In this document: piece by piece, positions 38,970-52,915 of the stretch
Numbering within the stretch: the stretch's first letter is position 1
Layout: the number at the start of each line of letters is the position of its first letter
Assembly (NCBI GenBank): GCA_951406725.2
Contig: OX597816.1
Location: 107,322,001 to 107,386,000 of the forward strand
Origin: Octopus vulgaris
Taxonomy: Eukaryota
DNA length: 64,000 bases
Direction: 5' to 3'
Notes under the pieces: model-generated
What the model saw: only the letters and a program-made list of their open reading frames with translations
Database searches by the model: none
Told to the model about the DNA's origin: nothing
Translations under genes and position numbers: made by a program

Positions 38970-39320
38970 GTGGAGGCGTGTGGCTTAGTGGTTGGGAATG
39001 TTGGACTCATGATTGTAAGATTGTAGTTTCAATTCCTGTACCAAATAATGCATTGTATTCTTGAGCAAAACACTTCATTTAATGTTGTTCTTGTCCACTC
39101 AGCTGGCAAAAATGAATAATCCGACGATGGACCGGTGTCCCATCCAGGTAGGGAATTTATACACCATGCAAACCAGGAAACTGGCCTTTATGAATTTGCA
39201 TGACTCGAGAAGGTAACTTTACCTTTTTTTACACATGTCTGTAGAATGCTCAGCCGCTTTTACATTAATTCAGGAGCAGGTAATTCATTTGATTTGACAA
39301 GTGAATCCTCATTGTCAAAT
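38970..39320 (+). mobile_element. tRNA-derived SINE, diverged
   Basis: GGAGGCGTGTGGCTTAGTGGTTGG head and GTTTCAATTCC B box. Confidence 0.7.
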
Positions 39321-40108
39321 GAGCGGGACCTATCACTCTCTGATATAAACTAACATGTCAATCTCAATAACCAGAGATCACTGTGCATCTCATGAGATTA
39401 TGGATGTGCAGCTGAAAAGCTTCTCTCCACAGTTCATGTTTGCAGTATTCTTTTTGTTTTTATGATGTCAAATTGGCTTAGTTGTTCAAGAATCAGATAG
39501 AATAGCTTGTGGTATTTTTTCCTGCTCTTCTGTACTGTGGATTCAAATCTAATTAAAGTTAACTTTGCTGTTCATCCTTTTGAGTGGGGTCAATAAGTAA
39601 AGTACCAGTTCAGCACTGTAGATTGATGGAATTGTCAGGGTTGGATGAGATGCCTTGCTGTATCTGTTCCATTTCTTTGCATTCTAACAGTCATGTATTC
39701 GCTGACATTGGTGCCAAGCTGTAGTGGAATCGCCTTTCTCTTAGATGACATTGGTGACATTAAGGAAGTAGATTTACTGATCTCCTATGTAAAACAACAT
39801 TGATAACTATCTCATTTATGTAGTGTAGTTTTTCTGGCTTTTAACCTCATCATTTGATATGTAAAAAAATGTTCTAATATTTATATCCATGCTGTTTTGA
39901 CTATTTTGGCTTGTGATCATTGTCAGGAGATTTATTCCTGAATGTATGGCGGTGTACATTGAACCAAACTGGATTTGAACTAAGGATCTTTATTTTTAAA
40001 CGTTGGGTAATAGTGTATCAGTATGTTATTGCTCTTAGTCTGGAGATGCATCTACATGGTTTGAATCCAATTTGAAACTGTGTACACTTCTAGGGATGAG
40101 ACAACAAC

Positions 40109-40300
40109 GGCAGTGATGATGGTGTTGATGACAACAATGATGATGGCAGCAATGATGGCAATGATGGTGATGATGATGGCAGTGATGATGATGGCAGTGA
40201 TGATGATGGCAGTGATGATGATGGCAGTGATGATGATGGCAGTGATGATGATGGCAGTGATGATGATGGCAGTGATGATGATGGCAGTGATGATGGTGAT
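40109..40300. repeat. 15-bp minisatellite (ATGATGATGGCAGTG)n
   Basis: Perfect central copies with degenerate flanks. Confidence 0.95.
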
Positions 40301-41851
40301 ATAAAACTTAGTGTAGACATAAATATTGGGAAAAGAATTCTCAGCTCTAAAGATGAAATCATTATTAGTCTGAAAAGTTATCATCTCATCAACAATTCAA
40401 ATTTAGATCAGCAATTCTTAACCCGAGGGAAATTTTATGTCTGAAGATAGGTTTTAGGATATCAATGAAAACTTTGAAGACTTCAATGGAGAAGTTGTTT
40501 TCATGTTGAAAAATTCTGTCATTATTTGCACTTATTTTTATTTGATTTATTTTCCTTAATGCTAATATTTTAATGATGCCAATATCAAATTAAAATAAAG
40601 CTGTTAATGATATGCAATAAATTGTGGTGTATACAAGGCATTTTTCTTATGATATGTGAGTAAAGAATCAGGGTGATAAACTGGAAAAAGGAAGAAATAC
40701 TGAAAAATGTTAAGAAACACTGATTTATATAGACTTTAAAAAATTACAAAGAACTAAAAAAGGTATTTTATATAAAGAAATAAAGTTTTTTTTTTCAGTG
40801 AGAAATAATATTTCATTAAACTACTTATAACAGCATGGAAAGCAGATGATAAACAATGATGATAACTACATGTTTGTCTGCTGTTTTTTTAAAAAATTTT
40901 ATTCTTTTCTTTCGCATGACATTTGTTGACCTCTTTACCACTGAAGGCAGTATCCCAGCATGGTCATGGCTGTTATTACTAAACAAACTAAAGTACTAAC
41001 ATTTCAAAAGTATGAAACGGTTCTTGGTAAATATTTTTAACAAGCTGTACAGCTTGTATGATTTTATAAACGTGTTTGTATTTAGTAAAATACCCAATAT
41101 TTTATGTTCATTGCTGTATTAATTTGTGATTTTGAATATAACTTAACAAAAGTTTCTTATGTGGAATTACAATGGATGATCTTTTATTGAAATATGAAAA
41201 TTTCAAGACCAATGGTTGTCTATCTGAAACCAAGAAGTGGTCTTGGACAGGTATGTATAAAATGGATTAAACTTTGCTAATCATCTTCAATAGTTTATAA
41301 CCTCTTTTAGAGCAGCCTCTTAATCAAGGAGTCTTGTCTTTCAAGCTACTGGGCAATTTCAATTAGTACTAATGACATGAAAATGCACTCAGCACATCCT
41401 CTAATGTGGTCAGCATTAGTAAGGGCATTCAGCTGCGAGGACCATGCCAAAACAGACAATGGAGGACAACCAGTCAGATCTTGTCAAACCATCTAACTTA
41501 TGCCAGCATGGAACATGGGCATTAAATGTTGATGATAATGATGATGTTGATGATGAAGATGATGACGACGACGATGATGATGACAACAATGAAAGCAATA
41601 GAGTGTCATGTTGAATTAGGTTTTAGGCTGATTCTCAAAGTAATGCTTAATAGTTAGATAGGAAGCCAGAGGTTGTAAGCAGCCAAATTTCTCTCAGAGA
41701 CTTCTTGAAAAGAAGCACATTGTCTAAATATAAAATTGGGTGGCAATGCTGGAGTGACTTTCATCAAAGATCTGTCCAATTAGAGCTGGCTTGGTGCTAA
41801 TCAACAGTGACAACAACAACAGCACACATGCATATATATACAAACATGCAC

Positions 41852-42470
41852 ACAATTTCCAACAGTTCTTTCAGTTCACAACATGCATTCAGTCATGTCT
41901 GCTTTTGATCTTCCATGAGCAAGTGAGGCACAAATTTTGCTGCAACTCATTTCATTCACAATTCCTGACTCAAAATTTGTTAGTAGGAGCTCCAGTACAC
42001 ACTGGTCATACCAACAAGCTCATCAATTGTTTGGTGATGGTTCCTGAATTTTCATGGTGTTTTCTTTCATTCGGGAGGTCGATGGCTGTCCTGAACGAGA
42101 TTCATCTTCAAACAACAAGTGACCATTCCTAGAGCAGGGAAACTACTTGTAAGCTTGTGTTTTGCTCATGGCAGTATCCTTGTAAGATGTTTGAGATATG
42201 ACAACTGCTTTGGTCACCATTTTCCCCAGCAGAAAACAGAATTTCATAGAAACATGCTGTTCTTTTGTTTCAGCCATTGCAAAAATTGACAAGCAGGGAA
42301 GAAGCACTGCAAAATAAAAACACACCACATGGAAGTATGATGCCACACAATGCTGCTGGTTGACAGACTGATGCTTGAGGGTCACATCAAGTGGCGTCTA
42401 GCTGCAGAAGCCTGAACTACAACATGTTTGTCCCTCAGATAACATTTCTGGTTACTTTTGGGTACCCCGC
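41852..42470 (-). mobile_element. 5' half of a mariner, same family as 37518-38774
   Basis: MAETKEQHVSMKFCFLLGK...TAMSKTQAYK and TIR GGTTACTTTTGGGTACCCC. Confidence 0.85.
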
Positions 42471-42967
42471 ATATGTTTTACTACCCAATGTATGCTTTTT
42501 TTTTATAATAATGCAATAGGAAGGAGACTGGGCTGTTGTTTCTTGCAGGTTAGATGACCATATAGAGGCTCCCACATTAGCTAGTTTTTTAAGTTGTTCA
42601 TTGTTATGTTGGCATATGGAAATACAACATAATAATACATGGAAATGAATCAGAGTTATTTTAAGGGAGATAGTTTTCATTTTTAGCTTTAAAATCCCTG
42701 GATGTAAGTTATAATTGCTAATTATAAATGCAAATAATGACATCAAAATATTTTTATTCTCTATTTTTCAAAGAAATTTTTTATCAAAACTGAAAATAAA
42801 AGGAAAATACTTTTAAAAAGAATCAATATTCTCTCATTAAAAAGAATAAATAACTTGACTGAAATAGAAATATATTTATCTATGATAGGAAAACTAATTG
42901 TCAGGAGATGGTGAAAGGAACAAAGAGAGAGAGAGAGAGACAGACAGACACACACACACACACGCGC

Positions 42968-43008
<41 letters not shown>

Positions 43009-43904
43009 TGTGTGGTGAGATGTTTGCTTCCCAATGACATGATTTTCAGTTCAGTTCTGTATGTCAAACGAAATCACTCCAGAAGTAACCACAAGAATGA
43101 CAGATATGTATTTCACTATAGTTGCAGCTGATCCATATGTGTACAATGGTCTTCCTCACAGTTTTCATTAATCAGATTCATTCACAAGGTATTGGTTGGC
43201 CTGAACACTTGCCCTTTCCCTCTATGTCAGCCTGACTGAACAGCTTTACGGTCTAAAGTGCTCCATCATTGATAATCTTGGCTTCCTATTCAGGTATGAT
43301 TGATCCTCTCTTGGTTTTGACAACAGTCAGTTGTTCAATTAACTAACCTTGCTTCTCATTAAAGCAATGTGTGAGTTGCTGAATATCCCATCTCTGACAT
43401 GTTTTCTTAATATAATTCCGAAGCCAAATCAGCCAGACACAATATGTGACATAGCTGATACAGTTCATCTTTATTCTTTTACTTGTTTCAGTCATTTGAC
43501 TGTGGCCATGCTGGAGCACCACCAGATGGGTTTCCACACAAAATTTCTTTCTACCTACTTTTACTCACAAGACTTACCACTTCATGCATGGTGCTACAGT
43601 TTAGCATGATAGCAACATGTGACTTTGTGGTTAGGGTGTTACACACATGATTGAAAGATCGTGGTTTCAATTCCATGACCAGCAGTGATTGTATTTTAGA
43701 GCAAAACATTTTATCTCATGCTGCTCCAGTCCCCTCAGCTCTAAATAGGTAATCCTGCAATGGATTGGCTTCTGTTGAGAAAGAACATTGGCCTGCTTAT
43801 CCAGCCAGTATGATGGCATTATTTTAAAGCTACAACAATGCAAGGAAGTGCAGCATCCATGAGTCTGGTTGATATAGTGATTACTATGTAGTACTATCAT
43901 GTAA

Positions 43905-44370
43905 CTAGCTGTTAGTACGTACCACATAGTGGTATAGTTCTCCATAATAAGAAGGGTGCTATTTTGCTATAGTAGTGCAGCTGTTTGTAGTGGTTTGGTT
44001 CTCCATTGTAAGCAGGGTACTACTGTGCAATGGTAATGCAGCTGTTCATAGGTACCTCATGATGGTATAGTTTTCCATTGTAAGCAAACAAGATACTATT
44101 GTGCTATAGTAATGCAGCTGTTCACAGGTACCTCATGATGATATAGTTCTCCATAGTAAGCAGGGTACTATTTTGCTATAGTAATGCAGCTCTTCATAGG
44201 TACCTCATGGTGGCATACTTCTCCATTGTAAGCAGGGTACTATTGTGCTATAGTAATGCAGCTGTTAGTAGGTACCTCATGGTGGTATAGTTTTCCATAG
44301 TAAGCAGGGTACTATTGTGCTACAGTAATGCAGTTGACAGCAGATGCCTCAAGATGGTATAGCTCTGCAG
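43905..44370. repeat. Diverged ~70-bp tandem repeat, about 6.5 copies
   Basis: Unit approximately GCTGTTCATAGGTACCTCATGGTGGTATAGTTCTCCATTGTAAGCAGGGTACTATTGTGCTATAGTAATGCA. Confidence 0.9.
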
Positions 44371-44759
44371 AATAGCTATGTTAATATAACAAACTTAAGC
44401 TGTGTGTGAGAGGTGAGATTATAGATATAATACACTTGACTATGACTGTCATAATATTCAGATTCAGTAATAAATTGCAAGTCAGATTAACTGAAGCATT
44501 AGGAAACTATTCACTACCTTGTAAGCTTGTTCTAAATCTGATAGGGTAGCATATACTTAATGTGTAAACAGAGAAGAAGGGGGCGTGATAAACATAACTA
44601 TTACAAAGTAATTATTGTGGTTCTTGAAAGATTCCTAGAAGCAAGCAAAATTACACTGTATAGGATAAGGTAATATGGGTGAACAAAAAAATGATTTTCT
44701 ATATATAAAAAGTGAATTTGGTAGAGGGAATCTGTGTGGAAGCCCATGGTATATATACC

Positions 44760-45115
44760 ATCTTCATCATCATCATCAGTTAGCATCTGTTTTCCATGCT
44801 GGCATGGGTTAGACAGTTTGACTGAAACTGGTAAACAGGAGAGCTGCACTGGATTCCAGTATGATTTGGAATGGTTTCTACAGCTAGATGCCCTTCCTAA
44901 AGCCAACCACTTCAAGAGTGGAATGGGTGCTTTTTATGTGCCAGTCACGTAGCACTGGCATTGGCTATAACTATGATTTCTCTAAGTTTGATGAGTCTTC
45001 TCAAGCACTGGCATATTGCCAAAGGCCTCAGTCATTTGTCATCACCTCTGTAAAGCTCAACGTTCAAAGGGTGCTTTTCACCAGCAAGGATGCCAGTTAT
45101 GTGACACTGGCATCA
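44760..45115 (-). mobile_element. RTE-type 3' end fragment
   Basis: (ATC)n tail and CCATGCTGGCATGGGTT...GATGCCCTTCCTAA. Confidence 0.7.
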
Positions 45116-45751
45116 TCTTTGTGTGTGTGTTTTTGTATTTGTATTTGTGTTCTACCCACACAGTGCTTAACAACTGGTTTTGGTTTTTATATGTCCTTGT
45201 AGTTTGGTAGTTTGGTAAATGTGACCAATAGAATAAGTACCAAACTTAAAAAAGCAAGTACAAGGTGGTGCCCCAGTATGGTTGCAGTCCAATGAATGAA
45301 ACAAGTAAAAGATAAAGATAAGAAAACATTGGACAAATTAGGGGTTAACGATGCTAAAGAAAAGGTTTAAATAAGACCAAAACAATGTAAAGGAATATAA
45401 AGAATAAAATCAAGACAAAATTCATAAAAATACCAAGAAAAAATGGAGAAAACAAACTTCTCTGTGACCAGCATCCGGCAATATTCAACAGAATAGAAGT
45501 GAAGCCATATTAAAGTCAGCAATAACTCAAAAGATTGGGAATAAATGTGAAAACAAATCTAATTTTAGATGCATGAGATTAATACCAAAACCACAAAACA
45601 ATGTTAAAATTAAGTAATAAAATGGAAGTTCATGTCAACTGCAAATTATGCAATCATCAAAGTTTGCAGTTGATATAAATTAACATAATTTATGGGTGAT
45701 TTTTGTAAAGACAAAATATATCAACTTACATTATTAGGTAGTTAGCTATAC

Positions 45752-45915
45752 TAGGTGCAGGAGTGGCTGTGTGGTGAGATGTTTGCTTCCCAGCCAAAAT
45801 GGTTCCAAGTTGAGTCTCACAGTGTGACACCTTGGGCAAGTGTCTTCTACTGTAGCATTGGGTTGACCAAAGTCTTGTGAGTGAATTTGGTAGATGGAAG
45901 CTGAAGTAAGCCTGT
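45752..45915 (+). mobile_element. SINE 5' half
   Basis: GGTGCAGGAGTGGCTGTGTGG...CCTTGGGCAAGTGTCTTCTAC. Confidence 0.75.
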
Positions 45916-45932
45916 CATATATATGTATGTGT

Positions 45933-47520
45933 CATCATTATTATCATTTAACGTCTGTTATCCATGCTGGCATGGGTTGGATGGTTTGACTGCACTGGCT
46001 CACTGGAAGGCTGCACCAAACTCCAATCTTATTTGGCCTGGTTTCCTATGGCTGCATGCCCCTTCCTAACACCAACCACTCTGAGAGTGTAATGGGTGCT
46101 TTTACATGCCATTTGCATGACCTGGGGTGCTTTTACGTGTCACCAGCATGGGTGCCCATTTGTGCGATACTGGTATCTGCCACAACTGCTATTTTGCTTG
46201 GCTTAATGGGTCTTCTTTGCAAGCACGACATAATGCCAAAGGTCTTGGTCGTTGCCTCTGTGAGGTCCAACAGTTGAAAGGAACTCAGCCACTTTGCCTC
46301 CATGAGGCCCAACACTCAAAAGTAACTCAGCCACTTTGCTTCTATGAAGTATTCTTTACATACCACCAGCATGGGTGCACTTGGCTTGTTGGGTCCTCTC
46401 AAGCACAGCACATTGCCAAAGGTCTTGGTCACAAGTCACTGCATCTGTGAGGCTCAAAGTTCGAAGATCATGCTTCATCACCTTGTTTCATGTCCTCCTG
46501 GGTGTACCTCTACCACAGGTTCCCTCCACATTTAGAGATCAGCATTTCTTTACATGGCTGTCCGCATCCAAACACATCACATGACCATATCAGTACAGTC
46601 GTCTCTCTTGCACACCACATCTGATGCCTCTTATGCCTAACTTTTCTCTCAAGATGCTTATACTCTGTTGAACATGCACACTGACATTGCACATCCAGTG
46701 AAGCGTACTGGCTTCATTTCTTTCAAGCCTACACATATCCTCAGCTGTCACAGCCCATGTTTCACTGCCATGCAGCATTGCTGTTCACACACAGACATCA
46801 AACAATCTACCTTTCACTCTGAGAGAGAGAGGCCCTTTGTTTCCAGCAGGGGTGGAAACTCTCTTAACTTTGCCCATCCTAAACTTATTCTGACAGCTAT
46901 GCTCTTAGAGCATCCACCTCCATTACTAACTTGGTCACCGAGATAACAGAAGCTCTCTACTAATTCTGTCTACTCATTCTGCCCCCTTAGCAGTTGATGG
47001 AGTCTATTTTCTGCTCATTTTCAGCGTTTATTGTACCTGTGCATCTTTCACCTACAAAAGCTAGTTTCCCTATTAACCTTCCTCTGATATTGCTGCTCCT
47101 TTTATGTGTCCAAAGCTTACACTGGGTGCATCTTATGGAGTTTCTACCTACACCTTTTCTACAGTAATCTGACACAGTACCCTGCTACCCCCATTCTTCC
47201 AGGCATTCCACCGGAATTTTGCACCAGCCACAGATCCTGTCTGTAGCACTCAGCAAGCTGTTCCTCAGGAATTTCCAGTTGCCCTCTATGTGACAAGTCT
47301 GTAGCCCCTCCTCTCTTTCATCAAATTACTCAATTAGGATGTCCCTAAATCTCTGAGCATATGAAGGGTCCTTTAGCTTCCAAATCCTTTTCCAAATTGG
47401 TTTACTTCTTGGCATCCTTCTGACCTGGGGTCTAAAGTCACTATTGACTAGACTATGCTGTGGGGTACATTCTTCGCCATGGAGGGACTTTGTATTTAGG
47501 AACAACCATGCATCATGCTG
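45933..47520 (-). mobile_element. RTE-clade LINE fragment (internally deleted)
   Basis: MLHGSETW...LREKLGIRGIRCGVQERRL (RT C-terminal region), a Cys-rich CRKGVGRNSIRCTQCKLWTHKR segment, the endonuclease-end PQHSLV..DF..IWKLKD, and a 3' UTR ending in a (GAT)-like tail. Confidence 0.88.
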
Positions 47521-48479
47521 TTTGGTGAGAATGTATAAATATGTATGTCTACATGTGTGTCTTTGTGTCAATATTTGTCCCCCACCACTGCTTGACAACT
47601 GGTATTGTTGTGTTTACATCCCTGTTACTTTGTGGTTTGGCAAAAGTGACCGATAGAATAAATACGAGGCTTTACAAACAAAGAAAGAAAATAAGTTCTG
47701 GGGTCAATTCATTTAACTAAATTTCTTCAAGGTAGTGCTCCAGTATGACCACAGTTAAATGACTGACACATGTCAAAGATAAGAGATTGTAATTGCGTAA
47801 CATGCAGATTCTTCCACATGCAAACCGATGATAAACAGTATCAATACAGTTTGAATCTAGTATGTATCAATGGTTATGATACTCTGGAATATGTTGAGAC
47901 TGATAAAGAGATAAAAAAAAAGCCACCCAGATATCATGAACAAAGACTAAAATGAAGCACTGTACATTCTTATAAGCATCATGATTTCTGTTAATCAAAA
48001 TTCTTCTGGAAGATAACTGAGACATTACCAAAGTATAACGACTTTGAATTGGAAGTAATTGTACTAGTAATAACTGGCAAATTAACCCTTTTATTGAAAA
48101 AATTAAATTTCATGGTTATTCCTGTAATGATCTTAATATATACCAAAAAATAGTTGAAAATAATTTAAAGCATCACTCAGTCGAGGTGATCTTAGTTTTG
48201 GAGCTACATGGTAATTTCACTTGTGTTGGTGTAAGAGAAAATGCATCCAGTACACTCTCTAAAGTGGTTGGTGTTGGTAAGAGTATCCAGTTGAAGAAAC
48301 TATGCCAAAGCAGACACTGGGGTATGACTCAATCTTTCAACTTGTCAGATCCTGTCAAACCATTCAACTCATGCAAGCATGAAAGACAGATAGATGTTAA
48401 AAGATGATAATGACATATGCACACACACACACACACACACACATATGTACACATACACACACACATACACACACACACA

Positions 48480-49640
48480 TGGCATTCAGATTAAATTTGT
48501 CAAAATTCTATGCCACCTTTTTTCCAGGAACAACTTAATGTATTGGTGAACCAACAAAGGTATTGGAGAGCATAAAGATTAAAGACATAGTTGAGTGAAG
48601 GTTAGCTGACATGGAGGACTGGAAGCCATCTGAATACTGGAAAAGAATTTCCTGTATCACGATGATTCGTATTGGGTATCAAAATGCTGAGATTATGACT
48701 CAATGCTCTGTGAACAGTGTAAAGGCTGTAAGACATGACATGGATAGCTGCAATGAAAACTACAGAGCTGTAGGGGACACAACAGGCATTCTGATTGAGT
48801 CTTCACACTGGAATTCATCCATCAACTACAGGACAAAGTGATGGAAGATCTGAGAAGGGAATTTAGGATTTGGTGAAAGAGATGTATGTTGGAGTCACCA
48901 CCATGAAGCTGGCCATGAATGAGGGCCTTCACTACCACTTGTACAAGAGGTACAAGAAATGAATTTTGACAGCTAAGGTCAATGCGAACCACTTGGCAAA
49001 GGAAAAGCTCCTGAACAAGCTGAGACATCTTGTTGATCCAGGGATGATCTAGTCCTTCTCAGACAGAAAGAATTTCTGCCAGGAGCAGTTGCACAACATC
49101 CAGAACAACAGGTGGCTTACCTACAATCCAGGTGATGTCCCATATGTCATGAAAACAAAGTTTCCTCAAAGTATGATGTGTCTCCAGTTAGGGTGACGCC
49201 ATGTCGCCATACATCTTTGAACAGAGTCTTAGGTTCAATTCAAATGGCTATGTGAGGCTGCTAGAGACAGGATCAAACCCTGGGTAGAGAAGGTTGCTGC
49301 TGAAAGGCAATATGTGTGATACTAGGATTTAACTTCTTGCTATACCTCCAGAAAGAGTCAGAAGTGGTTGTCAGAGAATTTCTATGACTTTACCAGCCCC
49401 AATTTTTGGCCTCCCAATTCCTCTAATTCTGATCCTATGGATTGGATTACTATGTGGGGCATGGTTTAGAAAGACACGAACTGCTTTGCTTGCAACACCA
49501 ACACTGAACTGATGGCCAAGATCAAGGAGATGTTTGAAGATGTTCCCAGGGACACAGTGAAGAATGCATGCTTCAGGCTCTGGAGCCGACTTGAAGCTGT
49601 AGTACAAGCTGAGGGTTGCTACTTTGAGTAAACTGTTAGG
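48480..49640 (+). mobile_element. Decayed Tc1/mariner element, maT (DD37D)-like transposase
   Basis: MEDWKPSEYWKR.., an FSD.KNF-like first Asp region, FWPPNS...DPMD (cf. WPPNSPDLNPLD), and an ACFRLWSRLEAVVQAEG C-terminus. Many stops. Confidence 0.75.
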
Positions 49641-49889
49641 TTCTTGTGTATATATATATGACAGGCTTCCTGCAGCATCTGTCTATCAAATTCACTCAAC
49701 AGACATCAGTCAGCCAAAGGCTATAACAGATGACTCTGACTTATCCAAAGTGGTGTACAGTGGAACCAAACCTGAAACTACATGACCATACCTGTACCTG
49801 TTTGTAAATATTAAAAATTATTTAATCTCTAATGAGGAAGTTTAGAGTCAAGAAAATCTTATCAAATTATATATATATATTATTTATGC

Positions 49890-50190
49890 GCTCTTTTCAA
49901 GCCTAGCCAGGCTCATAGGCCTGGTTTCCCGGTTTCTGTGGTGTAAGTGTTCCCCCCAGCTGGACGGGACACCAGTCCATCACAGCGTTACTCAAGAAAC
50001 AGGAAGAGAGAGTGAGAGAAAGTTGTGGCAAAAGAGTACAACAGGGGTTGCCACCACCCTCTGCTGGAGCCTCGTGGAGATTTTTAGGTGTTTTCACTCA
50101 ATAAACACACACAACACCTGGTCTGGTAATCAAAACTGCAATCCTCCGACTGTGAGTCTACTGCCCTAACCACTGGGCCATTGCGCCTCC
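49890..50190 (-). mobile_element. tRNA-derived SINE
   Basis: Near copy of 22905-23200. Confidence 0.88.
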
Positions 50191-51371
50191 CCCCACGCAC
50201 ACATATATATACACATATATATAAGGGAGAAAGAAAGAAGGAGGAATGTAAGAGAAAGAGAAAAAAGGGGGCGGAAGTGTGGGGAGAGAAGATAAAAGGA
50301 AAAGAAACTACTTCAAAAATATGAGAAAAGGGTTTTCAAAAGTGTCCTAATATTGTTTGTTTTTTATTCATAAAGATAAGGTTAATAACCTGCAATATAA
50401 TTTAATTATTCTCGTTGCTATGAAACTTTGAGATGAGACAGAGATTTGTATTTGAAACAGCAGGGAAACACTGTATCTTTATACAAAACAAGAAGCTAGT
50501 GGTAGTAATTAATATCTGACAGTTTGTATTAAAAACCGTATTAAATTCACCAGTCTCAAACCAAATGATGATGATGATGCTGATGACGATGATGACACAC
50601 TTACACAGACACGTTAACACATTTAACATTCCACCAGTACTCAAAATATGACATCTCTCATTTACCCATATAATGAATATTACACAATTAATACACATCA
50701 ACAGATGCCTATACTGTCCACCACACCACCACGACCACAATCACCACTACTACCATGACCACCACCATCGTCACCAGTGCTAAACATATGAGTTTGAAAC
50801 TAAAGGGAAAAACAATATAAATACATATTTTAAATCAACAGACAAAAAAGTTATTAAAAGCTGTTAGTCATGTGTACAAGGAATTCATAAACTATACAAA
50901 AATGATAAAAGGCTTAATTTGTGTTTACATGATGCTATTGATGACAATGATAGTGGTGGTGGTAGTGGTGGCGCTTATGATGTGAATGATGAGGACACTG
51001 ACGACAATGATGATGCTGATGATGACAGTATGATGATTGCAGTAATGCTAATAGTGGAAATGGTAATGCAGACTAACTGAGCTGTGTTGTTGATGATGAT
51101 GAGTTGGATGATAAGAGAGAGAGTGTTGTATATATGTTGATAGCAATGTCGTTGTTGATTAGTCTCAAGTCAGCCATGATTGAAGAGCCTTGTGAGTAAA
51201 GGCACTCCAGTAATAACTATTGGATACTGTAGCAATTCTACTGCATGCAAGAATATTTTCTGTCAAAGGGATTATGTCTTCTGAACTAGTTATTTTATCT
51301 TTCTCACTCTCCAACATTAGAAAGAAAGATATAGGAATAAAGAAGGAAGGAGAGAGAAATGGTGTAGGTTG

Positions 51372-51602
51372 TCATCATCATCATCATCATCATTTAACGT
51401 CCGCTTTCCATGCTAGCATGGGTTGAACAATTTGACTGAGGTCTGGCGAACCAGATGGCTGCACCAGACTCCAATCTGATCTGGCAGAGTTTCTACAGCT
51501 GGATGTCCTTCCTAACGCCAACCACTCTGAGAGTGTAGTGGGTGCTTTTATGTGCCACCAGCACGAGGGCCAGTCAGGCGGTACTGGCAACGGCCATGCT
51601 CA
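51372..51602 (-). mobile_element. RTE-type 3' end fragment
   Basis: (ATC)n-TTTAACGTCCGCTTTCCATGCTAGCATGGG. Confidence 0.8.
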
Positions 51603-51639
51603 AATTGAAGGAGATAACTGTAGCAGCACTTTGAACACA

Positions 51640-52915
51640 CCCTGCTAAACACTGCTTTTCACAGTTGATTAGTTTGCAGACGGGATGTAAAGCTTAAAGT
51701 TTTGAGTTAAACTGGGCAAAAACAATACAGAGATATATTGAATGCTCCAGATTACTTATGAGTTAACTTCTATGAGCCGAGCATCGAGGAGGTGAAAGAT
51801 GATATGGGAGGGATGTATGTCTATGAAGACAATAAGATTACAGTTTGGAGTTGGCGAGGTAACTGTACACAGAATTAATCATGAAGCTCTGAACATGAGC
51901 AAAATTAGTGCAAAGTTTATTTCCAGGGTGCTCAGTGATGAACAGGAGGAAAGACTCGTTGACTGTAGGGAGATGGTTGAGCTCATTACTTCCAATCCAA
52001 GAGAGCTTGAGACTCTGGTGACCTGTGATGAAAGTAGGATCTACTGTTATGATCCAAAGTCCATGAGGCAATGGAAGCATCCTGGCTCTCTGTTGTAAAG
52101 CAGTCTTTTACCACTTTTGTATCTGTCTTTTGACAACAGTTGTTGCTCTAACAGATATTGTTATATTCTGAAGTTGTGAATAGAGTGGTTCTATCTGGCA
52201 CCATACAACCCCCCAGTCATACAGTGTTATTATCCTCAAAAGGCTGGAACATTATAATGTCCACTCAGTATCACAGTAAAATTACTATATCAGCACTGAC
52301 ACAACTATCAACGCAGTCTACATGTACTTCTGACTTTCTCAACCATCTCCTGTCGATCAGCTACTGGTCTATTTATAATGGCTGGTTACGACCACTTTTT
52401 ACTTAGATGGGTGTACAGTTTCACCATACAACACTCTCTGATACCCAAGAAGGTCAGGCAAAGCAAGTCCACTAGAAAGCTTATGATGATTCCCTTTTTC
52501 AACCACTATGCCCACTTGGTTCCCTCTAGCCAGATGGTCAACAAAGACTACTTTATGCAGGTTTTGAGGTAGTTCGGGAAGAGATTTTGTCATAAAAGAC
52601 CAGGGTGCCTGTACCAGAACAATGCACCAATCCACAATTCCATTCTGGTAATAAACTACTTGAGAGAGATGAGCATCAAAACTATTCCTCATCCTCCGTA
52701 GAGTCCTCCCTACATTGAGAAGATGAAGGAAACTGTGTCAAGGGTCCTGGATACCTTCACTTTGTGAGATTTACATGGGGCCTCTCATGAAGTGGCTGGC
52801 ATGCTAAAACAAGTGCATTGAAGTCAGAGGATCCTACTTTGTAGGAGGTTAGAGTTTTATACTTTGCAATGAATAAATGTCTCTCCTAAAAAGTCTCAAA
52901 ACTTCTGGAATACAC
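51640..52915 (+). mobile_element. Decayed mariner element split by a solo LTR
   Basis: KISAKFISRVLS, LVTCDESRIYCYDP, WKHPGS | PKKVRQSKSTRKLMMIPFF, HPP.SP. Confidence 0.8.
52091..52433. mobile_element. Solo LTR (343 bp)
   Basis: Inverted termini TGTTGTA...TACAACA and a 5-bp TSD CTCTC (52086-52090, 52434-52438). Confidence 0.85.

Noticed and set aside
40052-40384. Repetitive ORFs (IITAI / MMMAV / SSLPS)
   Set aside because: These are translations of a 15-bp minisatellite, open in several frames.
43905-44370. CRISPR-like array
   Set aside because: The units repeat over their whole length with no unique spacers, there are no cas genes, and the context is eukaryotic.
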